Below are positions 1 to 11,019 of a DNA stretch of 64,000 bases, in pieces. Location of the stretch: the NCBI GenBank assembly GCA_043228905.1, contig JBHGNT010000021.1, positions 2,108,001 through 2,172,000 of the forward strand, read 5' to 3'. Source of the DNA: Azolla caroliniana. Taxonomy: Eukaryota > Plantae > Polypodiophyta. A program made the translations under genes and the position numbers. Within the stretch, counting starts at the first letter, position 1. Every line of letters begins with the position of its first letter. The notes below the pieces were generated by a model. That model was not told where the DNA came from. It made no database searches and saw only the letters and a list, made by a program, of their open reading frames with translations.

Positions 1-1217
1 ATGCTCATTACCGAGGAGAATGAGTTAAACCTTGTCGGCGACGAGACAACGTGGGTTGTCAATTCCAGAGCGTCGTTCCTCTTGACACCGGATCGGAAAT
101 GCTTCTCATCCTACAGAACCGGTAATCATAGTTATGTCCGGATGGGGAATGAAGGTACATGCCGAATTGTCAGCATAGGAGATGTGTTGTTGATGACACC
201 AACCGGATGAGAGTTGATCTTGAAGGATGTTCGACACATTCCGGAGGTTCGACTGAACCTGATATCAGTCGGTCGGCTAGATGATGAAGGCTACACGGGT
301 AGCATCCAGAACGGAGTCATGAAGTTCTACAAAGGGAGCGTAATAGTGGCTCGAGCCCGGAAGGTCAACACCTTGTACTTGACGAATGCCTGGATATGCC
401 AGGAAGAAGTGAACGTAGCATTTGACACTACCAGTGAATTGTGGCACAAGAGACTGTGTCATATGAGTTAGAAGGGGATGAAGAGACTTGCAAGACAATC
501 TCATTCCGGTGAAGGATGTGCAACTTAAGAAATGCACCAATTTCTTGGCCGACAAGCAAAAATGAACCTCCTTCTGGTCAAGACCACCAATGAGACAGAA
601 TGCACCATTGGAGCTGGTGCATATTGATGTGTGTCAAGTGGACATGAAGTCACATGCTGGAGCACAATACTTCATGACGTTCATAAACGACCACAACTCG
701 AAGTTGTGGGTCTCACCAAGACAAAGGATCAAGTGTTATCCGTCTCCAAGGAGCTCCACGCGAGAGTGGAAAGAAAAACTGGCCGGAAGTTGAAGGTGGT
801 TCAAGCAGATAACGGAGAAGAATACTGGGGGTAGTTCGAGGAGTATTGTCGATCAAAGGGAATCCGGCTCGAATTTACCATGCCGAAGACGCCAGAACTA
901 AACGGGATGGCTGAACAGATGAACCAAACCGTGACGGAGAGAGTCCAGAGCATGCTGGGACATGCAAAGTTACCCAAGACGTTTTGGCTGAGGCGCTGAT
1001 GACAACGACCTATGCGATAAACAGATCACCCTCAACACCCTTGGAAGGAGACTCACTGCAAAAAGTATGGACCGATAAAGACATATCTTACTGGAATCTG
1101 AAGGTGTTCAGGTGTCGCTCTTACATGCATGTGGCGAAGGACAAGAGAGCAAAGCTGGATCCGAAGTCCCAACCATGCATATTCCTTGGATACGGCGATG
1201 ATGAGCTCGGTTACCGG
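1..1217 (+). pseudogene. Copia pol 5' part (protease, GAG-pre-integrase, integrase core), with stops and frameshifts
   Basis: Motifs TWVVNSRAS (for DSGAS), VRMGN, LKDVRHIP, ELWHKRLCHMS, LELVHIDVC, ADNGEEY, WAEA, KLDPKSQPCIFLGY. Confidence 0.92.
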
Positions 1218-1978
1218 TGTCGCGTTGTTACGCGTGTACGTGTAAAAAGGGCGGGACCACGGGGGTCTCAGACTAGGGAAGAGGGGAAGCCGTGAAGACG
1301 ATTCCCGGCGGGTTCCAGAAGCCACCAAACGGGAGAGAGAAAGAGAGAGAACGCGCGCTTGACTCCGACTCACACCCACACACACACTGCGCCGAACCAA
1401 CTCACGCTCTTATGTACAGAAACGCAGGGAAGGGAGCACCAAAACACCCATACAAACAGAGACACGAGTATGCACAAATGGATACTAGTATGTATATTAC
1501 AAAGGGGAAGAATACAATCCCGGCTTCGAGCCGGACCATGGTAGGGTAGGTTACAACAATAGTCTCCTGCCAAGCCGCCGTTCGGGGAGCTCTCGGGCTC
1601 GTCACGCGGAGCGGGGTCTTGCATAGGAGACCTAGCAGAGACAACCCTCAACGGTCGACCTCCCCGCCAAGAAGAAGAAGAAGAAGAAGAAGAAGAAAAC
1701 TAACTCTAAACCTAACGGTATACCCTCTAACACAAAACGGGCAACTCTTTCACAAAGGGCGCTCCCTTCCTTTTATAGAACAAGGAGAGGGATGCGTTAC
1801 AATGTGGGATAAATCCCAACTTACATGGGATCGTCTGTCCCGACTGGACTACTCTTCGGCGCCATAAAGGCACCCTCATTATTCACACTAAATGTACAAG
1901 GGTGAGCACACATGTTGCACCCCGCCGATGTAGCCAATGTTTCTCGGTTTTCGCCTCTGGCCGAAATTCTTCACGACA
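1218..1978 (-). repeat. 3' LTR of element A
   Basis: 761-bp direct repeat of 36853-37610 with roughly 35 substitutions and one GAA indel by eye; adjacent to PPT GGTGGGGGCGGA on the minus strand. Confidence 0.95.
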
Positions 1979-3501
1979 TCCGCCCCCACCAAACCGCACG
2001 TCCACAAGTACGTGCCAAATCCGGTGAAGGGTGAGAGATTTCGACCGGTGAGAAACCGGTCAACCGTGATCCGCATCCCGGCTCGCTGCCGGTTCGAACC
2101 GTCGGCTTCGGTTCTTCCTTCGCGCTTACCTCCCTGTAGGCTCGTTCGACCCGTGGATGGGTCCTTCACCGCGATCTCCGTAGTACGCGTACTTCCGCTG
2201 GCCCTTGTTCGGCCGTATGCATGCCCCGCTCTCCGCCGTATGCCCGATGTCCTCCGCTTGAGGAATGCCCGTAGTGGCCCGCTTTGCCTTTCCCGTTTTG
2301 CGTTGCTGCAACAAGTCATGAGTCTTCCGCTTGCCGTCATCCCCTCGCCCCCACCAGCTTGTCATCCCGGGCTTGCCGTGTCAATCTTCACTACTCTGAC
2401 TGAGCTGCCGAGATCTACAGAGCGAGTGTGGAGGATCCTCCTCTGCACTCCCTTGTCATCCCCTGACTCCGACCCTGTGCAGTCCACTATGCACTCGTCA
2501 CCTTGTTCCCGGCACCTCCCTTGTGCCGTCTTCCGCTTCCTTTGTTCGGCTCCGCCCGTGCCGAACACCGTCCCGTAGTCACGCTTCGATCTGGCCCGCG
2601 ATGGCCACTTGCGAGACTCTTGTTCTGTCCCAGGTGTGCCTTTCCGGCCTAACACACCTCCCCGTGTTCGCCCTACCGGCTACTTCCGAAACCGTAACCG
2701 GCCGGTGAGGGTTTCTCGCTTCGTCCGCCCCGTCTTACCGACTCCTGATCCGCTACCCCCGGTCGTTGGGTCCCGTTCCCTGCCGCCACCGTCCTTCTCC
2801 CTAGGTCTCACGTTGCCACGTTGGCCGAACTGCCGGGGTCTCCGGATCAGTGTGAGGGTCCCATAGGACCGGTCTTCGTTTCGTCGCTTGCCGAGATCCG
2901 AGTGTCTTTTGTTTGAGTCCCTCCCGGACTCTCCTCGCGTCTTCCGCGTAGTCGGGTCCCGTTTCCCGCCGCCACCAACCTTCTCTCTCGGTCTCATGTT
3001 GCCACGTTGGCCGAACTGCCGGAGTCTCTGGTTAAGTGTGGGGATCCCGTAGGACCGGACTTCCTTACACCCACTCACCTCGCCGGAAGGTTTGAGATGG
3101 TCCGTAGCCACCTTGCCGGCCTCATACCTCCTTGCCGTTCGTCGCCTCCTGTCGTCCGATCATGTTCTCCTGCCGCCACCGATCTCCCCTATAGGACTCA
3201 CGTGGGCACTCGGGCCGACCACCGGATCGGTGTGATTGTCTTCGTGGGACCTCCCCTTCTAGCTTCGGTTGCCCGCCTTGCCGCCGCCACCGTCCCTTAC
3301 TCTAGGTCTCACGCCTCCTCTTGTCGTTGGCTGTCGGAGTCTCTAGAATCGGTGTGTGTAAGGTCACAGCTGCTCCGCTCTGCCTTCGCCATTCTCTTCT
3401 GTTGATCACGTTCACCTGCCGCCACCGTCCTTTCTTATAGGACTCACGCCGGCTCTCGGGCCGACCGCCGAATCGGTGTGAGGATCTCCGTAGACCACCC
3501 A

Positions 3502-3958
3502 TGTTGTCCAGGGGACAAAAATGTAAAATTAGGAAATTAGCAAACGCCGAGTCCGAGTATCACGGGCCACTGACGGCTCGGCTGTGTATTAGGGGAAAAG
3601 TTATTTAAACGAGGACCAGTACCTCAGAGAGGGAGAGAAGAAAAACTATAGGCGGAAGCACTAGCTTAGTCATTCGTAATTAGATAAACTCGTAAGGTCA
3701 CCGGCCATAGGCCGTGTTCTGTAATCTTTTCTGTCATAGTAATATATCTGATTTGTGCCTATTTTTGCTGCATGAGTCTGTGCTTTGATCCATACCTATG
3801 AGTTTTACGCCGCCACGTCTATGAAGACCTTGCTAGTGTTTTCTCCCTGAGCCTTGTATCTCTCTTGACGCCTCTGTTACGAGCCTTCACGTACCACGCC
3901 CTTGAAGACCGATAGACGCAGATCTATCGAAGGTGTTCACCCAAAGGAACGGGTAACA
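3502..3958 (+). repeat. 5' LTR of element F
   Basis: Direct repeat of 34386-34842, about 13 mismatches by eye. Confidence 0.95.
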
Positions 3959-3963
3959 CAATT

Positions 3964-3976
3964 TGGCACGCCCGGT
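3964..3976 (+). promoter_or_regulatory. Primer-binding site of F (tRNA-Arg)
   Basis: TGGCACGCCCGGT 5 nt after the LTR; complementary to the plant tRNA-Arg(UCU) 3' end ...ACCGGGCGTGCCA (tRNA sequence recalled). Confidence 0.8.
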
Positions 3977-4029
3977 TACAGCTGTGAGTGCACAGCGAAC
4001 TTCGTTGAAGGTAACCACTAGTCGCCGTT

Positions 4030-5837
4030 ACGGCGCCCTCTCGCACCACGAGGTCTCGGCCACCCGCCCGACGCCCTGAGCCAGTCGAAGGAACTTCCGA
4101 CTCGGCGGTCACTGACCAATCCTTTCCCGATCAATCAGAGGCTTGTCCAGTGCAATCCTCGCCACCGAACACTTGATCGTGAGTTGATTCACCACCAGAA
4201 CCCCCGTCGAGCCCTCCAGAGGTCAATCAACCGGAATTAAACCCTTTTCCGGTGCTACCAGAAGACCCACAGTACGACATCATGCCGTACCCATACCCAC
4301 GATATACCGACGGACCAGACGCGGAGTCACACGTCCGTGCCTTCATATCCACGTGGCAGGCTAACCACTCCACGCACCGCCTCACGCCGGCCGAAATCGA
4401 TGACTCGAAGATTGCCGAGTTCACACTCTCCCTCGATGGACCGGCCGCACGATGGTACTCTCGCCTCGAAATAGGAGAGGCCACCACTTTCCAAATCGTG
4501 CGCACAAAGTTCCTTGAACTTTTTCATCGTGAGGTGCCTAAACGGGAACTACTCCGGCAATTCTTCTCTATATGCCAGGAACCGCACGAAACGATCGCAC
4601 AGTTCACGATCCAGTTCCAGGATCTCTACAGACAAGTGGCCGATGATGTCTCGGCACAACATATACCAGACACTTTCCTATCCAGTTTACGAGAGCCTCT
4701 ACGAACGACTCTCGCACTTACAAATTTTGCCAACCATACTATCGAACAAGTCATAGTGCGCGTTCTCGCCCTCGATCGGAACCAGCATGGCACGGCCTTC
4801 TCGATGACATCCTTGCAAAATGCTCTTCCCCAAGAGGACAATCGCTTTCGCCAAGCCCTCCAATGCACTGCGTGTTCAGGATCAGGGCACTTGGCCCTCG
4901 AATGTCCCCACCGACCACAGTGTCCGATTTGTCAGTCTCGAGCTCACACGGTCAAGTAGTGCGAATATAATATCCTGAACCGCACAACGGCGGCACCGGT
5001 CCGCCAGATCGAGCCACGAAATACATACTCTCGGCAGGACGAGCGATATATCTACCGAGACCAGGATAACGACCAACTGCGATCCCCGGATCGATGGCGC
5101 CGAGACGACGACTACCAACGTGATAACCGCCGTGATTATTATCGCGATGACCGGCACGACGATTATGCTCGATACGATGACAATCGCGATGATCGGTATG
5201 ACCGAAGGAACTCACGCATTGATCGGCAAAACGGCAACCGCAACACACGCAACAATAGAAGACCTAATCACAACCGCCGACGGGACGCTCCTCAACATGA
5301 CCAGCGCAACTCCAACGCACCTCGGAACAACCCACCACCAAACGAGACCAAGAATCAACAACAGCTTCCACACACAGACCGAGCGGACACCAACAGCTCG
5401 GCCAACGTGATATGTTTTAAATGTAATCAACCAGGCCACTACGCCACGCAATGTCCGACAACCAACCGTGGCAAGGCACCCGCGGTGAACAGTATCATGG
5501 CCGATGTTCAAACGGTCACTACCCGGAGTAAAGCGCAGACTACTCGGTGGAAAATCCAGGATGACGTACGACAGGCAGCAAAAGAATGGGTCGACACGGC
5601 CAATAAAAATAATGCCGCACGCATGCAAACTGACATGAGGGACGGGCCCAATGAAGTACCACAAACCCCGACACCATCCACGTCGTCGGAGGACGACCAG
5701 CTATGGGATGTTCTTACCAACTCCCGCATCTTGCTGCCCCTACATAAACTGCTACCACTCATGCCAAGATTTCGGGACACCCTGGCGGCACTCCAGGCCA
5801 ATACTAAGGCCATGACACCACCGATACACCTCACCGA
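4030..5837 (+). pseudogene. gag of element F (capsid plus three CCHC zinc knuckles)
   Basis: One frame with in-frame stops (e.g. TAG 4957). Knuckles CTACSGSGHLALEC, CPICQSRAHTVK*C, CFKCNQPGHYATQC. Continues in frame at 22072 once E is removed. Start position approximate (ACG at 4030). Confidence 0.85.
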
Positions 5838-6190
5838 TGTCAAGATTCGAACTCTTGACACGACCATGTTATAATCTACTATTATGAGTTAACCAAGATA
5901 TCTAGTACTAGTTATGTATGTAATTGTTCCTTATTATTTTGCTAGCATCATGTGCATAGTTGCTCCCTTGTAGTATTTACACTTGGCACATGCATGCATA
6001 CCTACATGCTCTATTGTAGATTCACATGCGTGCAACAAGTATGCATGCCATGTAGTATAAATAGAGGAGTTCACCTTGAAGGAATTCAAGGTGAACAACA
6101 CCAGTTATGGAGTCTTTCCTTTAGTACTATCTTCTTTCTTGTCCATTTGGTTATCTTCTTCGTTGTCTCTTGAGTTTATGATCCGTGACA
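5838..6190 (+). repeat. 5' LTR of element E
   Basis: TG..CA; TATAAATA at 6056-6063; repeat of 21719-22071. Confidence 0.96.
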
Positions 6191-6192
6191 GT

Positions 6193-6203
6193 TTGTTCAC
6201 CTT
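6193..6203 (+). promoter_or_regulatory. Self-priming PBS of element E
   Basis: TTGTTCACCTT is the exact complement of LTR 6088-6098 (AAGGTGAACAA); no TGG-type tRNA PBS present. Confidence 0.8.
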
Positions 6204-6665
6204 CCCATCCTCATAGCTCTCCCTCTCATAAGCCATAGCTATGTCCGACTCAACTAGTGAGTTAGGCCAAATAATGGTAGCCTTACGACAACTACAGCTT
6301 GAAAATGAAGCTCTTCGAAATTCTTTACAAGAACTTCAAGTCGGTACCTCCCTATCCTCACAACCCCCGAACCCTAGTCTCCCACAACAACCTAGCCTAG
6401 AGCCCGATCTTCTACCAACATCTAGCCTAGCTTCGTCACAGTTTCTTGAGCCTAAGGTTAGCCTCCCAGAAAAATTTGATGGAACGAGGTCGCGTTTCCG
6501 AGGGTTCATCAACCAAGTTCGACTTATCATTCGGCTACAACCTCAACGTTATGGAGATGGTCTTCGACAAGTCGGCCTTGTGGGCACCCTTCTCTCCGGT
6601 CCGGCCCAAGCTTGGTTTGCACCATTGGTAGAAACCTCATCACCTTTATTGGAGGACTTTCCCGC

Positions 6666-7459
6666 TGTCGAGATATTACGCAAGTGCGTGTGGAAACGAG
6701 GCGGGACCGCGGGGGTCTCGAACCAAAGAGCAAGCGAGGGAGGAGAAAGAGAGAGAACCGGCTACGCAGGACCGGGGATACACAGGGACACGGCCCTTCA
6801 GCACGGAGAACGCGAACAGACACCGACACAGACAGATGCGAATGACTAAATATGTATATTAACAAAATGGCTAACACGACTACAACCCTCGATGGGGCAC
6901 AGGTTGGTTACAACCGAACAGGCCGGCGAACAGATGCCGATGCCTGTTCGCTTCGACGCACAAAGGGGGGTAGCAGGTCGGAGGTGCTGCCGGAAGCACT
7001 CGGGCGTTCCTCGAAAACAGCGCGAGCCTCCTCGGAACCCTGCACAGAAAGCTATGGAGCTCAAGAAGGAAGGAAATAGAGAGAGAAGCGTCCAGAAACG
7101 GTCCGACAACACTTCGTCCTCTCTGCGCGAGATCCCTGCAACAGCTCTTTCCTGCTCCTTATATAGGCCGACGAGCAGGCCGTCATGTCAGCTTTATTCC
7201 CTGTCCCTTTCGAGCAGGGATCCGCTCCGTTCTTCACGCACCCGCGTAGTTACGCCGCCGACTCGTACAGTTCCTTAGCTCGCGCGCGCGACCGAAAAGA
7301 CTGTTCGCACGGTCTTTGTCTCCACTTGTGTTAGGGCCCGTTCCTGCCGATTATCCTCCTAATTCGCTTCTATGTACAACTTGGAGCGTGCGCGCGTGAG
7401 GAACCGGTTCCCACGCCTTGGTGCGCCGATTCCGCTTATGGACGGTTTTCTTCACGACA
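6666..7459 (-). repeat. 3' LTR of autonomous element C (no partner LTR in the window)
   Basis: TGTCG..TTCACGACA termini like A/D/G; followed by the same PPT at 7460-7472; interior differs from LTR-D. Confidence 0.9.
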
Positions 7460-7530
7460 TCCGCCCCCACCTAACCGCGCATCCTCCGGTATGCGCCAAG
7501 AGAGTTGGGACGGAGAAAACCGGCCCGTCT

Positions 7531-10500
7531 TCATTCCTCGCCCGTCGGTTCTTCCTCGTTTTCGGATTGTTCGTCACTGCTGACTAGGAGAGCCGGGTCC
7601 GGCTCGTCGTCGTGTCGCTTCTTGAACGCTTTGATCCGCTTCCTTGCAACCGGTATCGCCATTCTCGTGCCGTCGAGTTCCGCCAGGTGATATGTCCCGT
7701 TGTCATTGGCGCTCCGTACCACGTAAGGCCCGAACCACCTTCGTGCGAACTTCCGTGTAGCTCGGTGTTGGTTGTCGAGGCTGCTGTCGTAGACGAGCAC
7801 CCAGTCACCTTCTTCGATTTTCTTCGGTCGGAGCCGGTGCGTTCGGTCGAACCTGGCTTTGTTCTTTGTCCGCGCCACCCGGAGCTTCTCCGCAGCTAGT
7901 TCCACATCCTCCGGTCTCCGCTCGAGCTGTCGTATACGCGCGGCCAACAACTCCTCCCGGCTCATGTCGTCCCTCCAGTCGACCGTTGCCCACGAGGAGA
8001 TCGTCCGTTCCATCGGCATGATCGGCTTCTGGCCGAACATGAGCTCCGTCGGCATGTACCCGGTTACCGAACTGTGCGTGGTCCGGTCTGCCCACAAAGC
8101 ATAAGGTAGCAGCCGCGGCCAGTTACCGACTCGGCCTCCGCATGCCCGAACCAACGCCTTGACGATCGGCCCGTGTCCGCGCTCCACCTTTCCATTCGCC
8201 TCCGGATTGTACGCAGTGGTGAGCGAGAGCTTGACTCCCAGCCGGTCGAACAGCTCCGCGGCTTCCTCGGCGTCCAACTCCCCTCGGTCAGCCACGATCT
8301 TCCCGACGCACCCGTACCGGCATATCACGTCCTCGATTAGGAACCGACATACAGCCGCGGTCGTTTTGTTCGGAAGGGCCCGGCCTTCCACCTGGTTCGT
8401 CAGATCCTCCCGCGCTAGGACCAGGTACCGCATCTGTCCTACCCCCATTGGCATCGTCACCAGATCTACCATCCATTTGAAGTGGATGGTCGGAGGGTAC
8501 GTAGGGTGAAGCTCGTCCCGGTGTCGGACCACGGAGTGCATCTGACAGCTCTCGCAAGTTGTCACGAATCGATGCACGTCCCGGTACAGTCCCGGCCACC
8601 AGTACTTCTCCTTTATCTTCTCGAACGTGGCCCAAGTTCCACGGTGTCCGGCCCAAGGGCTGTCGTGGTAGGCCGTCAGCAGCTCCTCCTGTTCTTCCTT
8701 CATCGCCACCACCCGGAGCGGAGCGCCGTCCCTCTTCTTCGGGTGCTTCCATAGATAGCCATCCCGGAGAAAGAACCGGTACGCTTTCTTTCGGATCCGG
8801 TTGGCCTCGTCTTTCGTCCATGACGCATCCGGCGCCATTGTCCTCAAGAACCCGCCGATCTGCAGCCACTCCCCGTCGTACTTGCTCGTGTCGAAGTCGT
8901 TAAGCGCCGGAGTGCTCGTCCCGTCGGTTGTTACGTATGCTGCCTCGAAGAAGTCCACGCCGACCTCTTCGTCCTCCGAAACCATGCCGCCCTCGTCATC
9001 GAACCTCGCCCTCGAAAGCATGTCGGCCATGGCGTTGTCTTTCCCGGAAATGTGTCGTATTTCCGGGTCCAGGGACTTGATGTACGCTATCCACCTGAGC
9101 ATTGCCAGGTCCGGCGTCGCGCATCCGGAAACCATGCCGAGAATCGGCATGCAATCCGTCTCTATGATTACCTCTGTCCCGATCAGATAGTCCTTGTCGG
9201 CCTTCACCGCCGAAACGATACCCCAGAGTTCGCGTTTAACCTGGGCGTATCCTCGCTGCCGCTCACTGAGGACCTTCGCGCAGAATCGGATCGGAAACCG
9301 ATTGCCGTCCTCGTCTTCTTGGTTGACGACCCACCCGATTCCGGTCGGACTCGTGTCAACCGTTATGTACACTGGGGTGCCCTTCCTGTAGACGGCCTTT
9401 CGGAGCGCCGGTGCTGCCGAAAGAGCCTCCTTCAGCTTCCGGACCGACTCCGTGTGCTGGTCTAGCCATTCGAATCTTCGCCCTTTCTTCAATAATCCGT
9501 ACAGCGGCTCCGCGACGTGCGCGTAATGCGGGATCCATATGTGGTAGAAGGCGCATGCTCCCAAGAATCTTCGTACTTTCGTGACCGAGCTGCAATCAGG
9601 CTTCATCGCGGAGATGGCTTCTACCTTTGCCGGAGATGGTTTCCGGCCATATGGTCCACATAAATGTCCGACCACCATGATTTCCGACTGCCCGAAGGCT
9701 GACTTCTCCCCCGAGAAGGTGAGCCTCGCATCCTCTAGCCTTTGCAGCACCTTCTCGCAGTCGTCGATGTGCGTCATCACGAATCGCCGGCATCCGTCCG
9801 GCCCGATCGTCTCGTCCTTTTCTTCTACCGGGCATCCCTTGATCGGGATGTCGTCTAGAAACGGCATGGTGATGTCCGGGATGCAGTCCCTCAGCACCTT
9901 GTTCATTGCATTCACCATGTGGGCCACCGAGTTGGTCCCTCCTTGCGGCAGCGTACACATCCGCACTAGGCCGAGGGGAGTTCGCATCGTCGTAATGTCT
10001 CTGCTCTCCACGGCTAGCTGGAACTGGTCGTACCCTGAGTATAGATCACCGACCGAGTAAATCGACCTTCCGGCGAAGGCCTCCGCGAACTCGTCTATGG
10101 TCGGTCCGATCCCTGCGTTCCGAATGGTCACTCTGTTGACCGGCTGCAGGTCCTGAATGAAGCGCAACGATCCGTTTTTCTTTGGTACGGTAAACCATCG
10201 GTTTGAATATGGGGCGCTCGACGGCTCGAGAATGCCCATATCAACTTTCTGCTTTAACAGCTCCATCAACTTCGGGATGTGAGCTCTCGGAACCGGAATT
10301 GGCTTGAGATTCCACGGTACATGCGGTACCGTGAATATCACCATTGGCTCTACGATCGTCGGGTCTACGCACCCGATTTCCTCCGGTGAGAATGCGAAGG
10401 CTTTCCCGTGCCTTCCGAGCATTCTCCGAAACCGGTCTTCCTCCACCGGCAGTAGGAACCCGCCCCCACCGATCTTCAGCTCGCGGAGCGTCTCGTTGGT

Positions 10501-10887
10501 GAAGGTGTGTCCTATGCAGGCCGGATCTCGTAAGCTGGGGTCCGATGCAACCCCTTTGATTCGCGACTCGCTGCCCTCCGGTAACGGTACCACGACTGGC
10601 CTTACCTTCCGGTCCACAGTCTTGTACTTGGTGCTTACTCGGGCCGTCCGATCCGACTCGAGCCCCCGACCAAAGTCCGCGATGACTTCGTACATTTCTT
10701 CGGAACATACCGGTATCGTCCGGTCTTCGTTAAGGTCTTCTTCGACTACCTTTCCCAGCATTCCCAAGGTGTCGTCGAAGGAGACCGCCTCCACGGCGCC
10801 ACTGATTTCTTCGTCAGGGCCGAGAACTCCGCACGCCCGAAGTCTCCCCTCCGTCTTTGTTTTCTCTCGGCCGGCGATGCCGACCAT
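7531..10887 (-). CDS. pol: Pol of element C: RT, RNase H, integrase (intact; frame open back to the ~11013 frameshift site)
   Basis: 1118 aa uninterrupted. DLYSGYDQ, LPQGGTNS, FLDD; RH VDTSPTGIG; HHCC (H..GHRG..CESCQ); IN WMVDLV, ADRGE, ANGKVERGH; RRWFGPY. Confidence 0.95.
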   Translation of the reverse strand: MVGIAGREKTKTEGRLRACGVLGPDEEISGAVEAVSFDDTLGMLGKVVEEDLNEDRTIPVCSEEMYEVIADFGRGLESDRTARVSTKYKTVDRKVRPVVVPLPEGSESRIKGVASDPSLRDPACIGHTFTNETLRELKIGGGGFLLPVEEDRFRRMLGRHGKAFAFSPEEIGCVDPTIVEPMVIFTVPHVPWNLKPIPVPRAHIPKLMELLKQKVDMGILEPSSAPYSNRWFTVPKKNGSLRFIQDLQPVNRVTIRNAGIGPTIDEFAEAFAGRSIYSVGDLYSGYDQFQLAVESRDITTMRTPLGLVRMCTLPQGGTNSVAHMVNAMNKVLRDCIPDITMPFLDDIPIKGCPVEEKDETIGPDGCRRFVMTHIDDCEKVLQRLEDARLTFSGEKSAFGQSEIMVVGHLCGPYGRKPSPAKVEAISAMKPDCSSVTKVRRFLGACAFYHIWIPHYAHVAEPLYGLLKKGRRFEWLDQHTESVRKLKEALSAAPALRKAVYRKGTPVYITVDTSPTGIGWVVNQEDEDGNRFPIRFCAKVLSERQRGYAQVKRELWGIVSAVKADKDYLIGTEVIIETDCMPILGMVSGCATPDLAMLRWIAYIKSLDPEIRHISGKDNAMADMLSRARFDDEGGMVSEDEEVGVDFFEAAYVTTDGTSTPALNDFDTSKYDGEWLQIGGFLRTMAPDASWTKDEANRIRKKAYRFFLRDGYLWKHPKKRDGAPLRVVAMKEEQEELLTAYHDSPWAGHRGTWATFEKIKEKYWWPGLYRDVHRFVTTCESCQMHSVVRHRDELHPTYPPTIHFKWMVDLVTMPMGVGQMRYLVLAREDLTNQVEGRALPNKTTAAVCRFLIEDVICRYGCVGKIVADRGELDAEEAAELFDRLGVKLSLTTAYNPEANGKVERGHGPIVKALVRACGGRVGNWPRLLPYALWADRTTHSSVTGYMPTELMFGQKPIMPMERTISSWATVDWRDDMSREELLAARIRQLERRPEDVELAAEKLRVARTKNKARFDRTHRLRPKKIEEGDWVLVYDSSLDNQHRATRKFARRWFGPYVVRSANDNGTYHLAELDGTRMAIPVARKRIKAFKKRHDDEPDPALLVSSDEQSENEEEPTGEE

Positions 10888-10953
10888 CGTACATGCTCCG
10901 CTGTCGGAGAAGCAAAATTTCCTACCTATTGTACACGGTTTTATCGTACAGAT

Positions 10954-11019
10954 GTGGGGTTTTCCCGGAGCATCCGGACTGTCGCGGCCCCACGCCTTGG
11001 CAGTCCCCTCTAAAAATCC
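10954..11019 (-). promoter_or_regulatory. Predicted -1 ribosomal frameshift signal (G GAU UUU plus pseudoknot)
   Basis: Slippery heptamer 11019-11013 just before the gag TAG; 6-nt spacer; stems GGACUG/CAGUCC and GUGGGG/CCCCAC; the -1 frame runs open into pol. Confidence 0.75.

Noticed and set aside
1292-1867. Short ORFs repeated at 36927-37499 (likewise 5952/21833, 13467/18342, 23739/28070)
   Set aside because: They lie inside LTR pairs; the duplication reflects LTRs, not genes.
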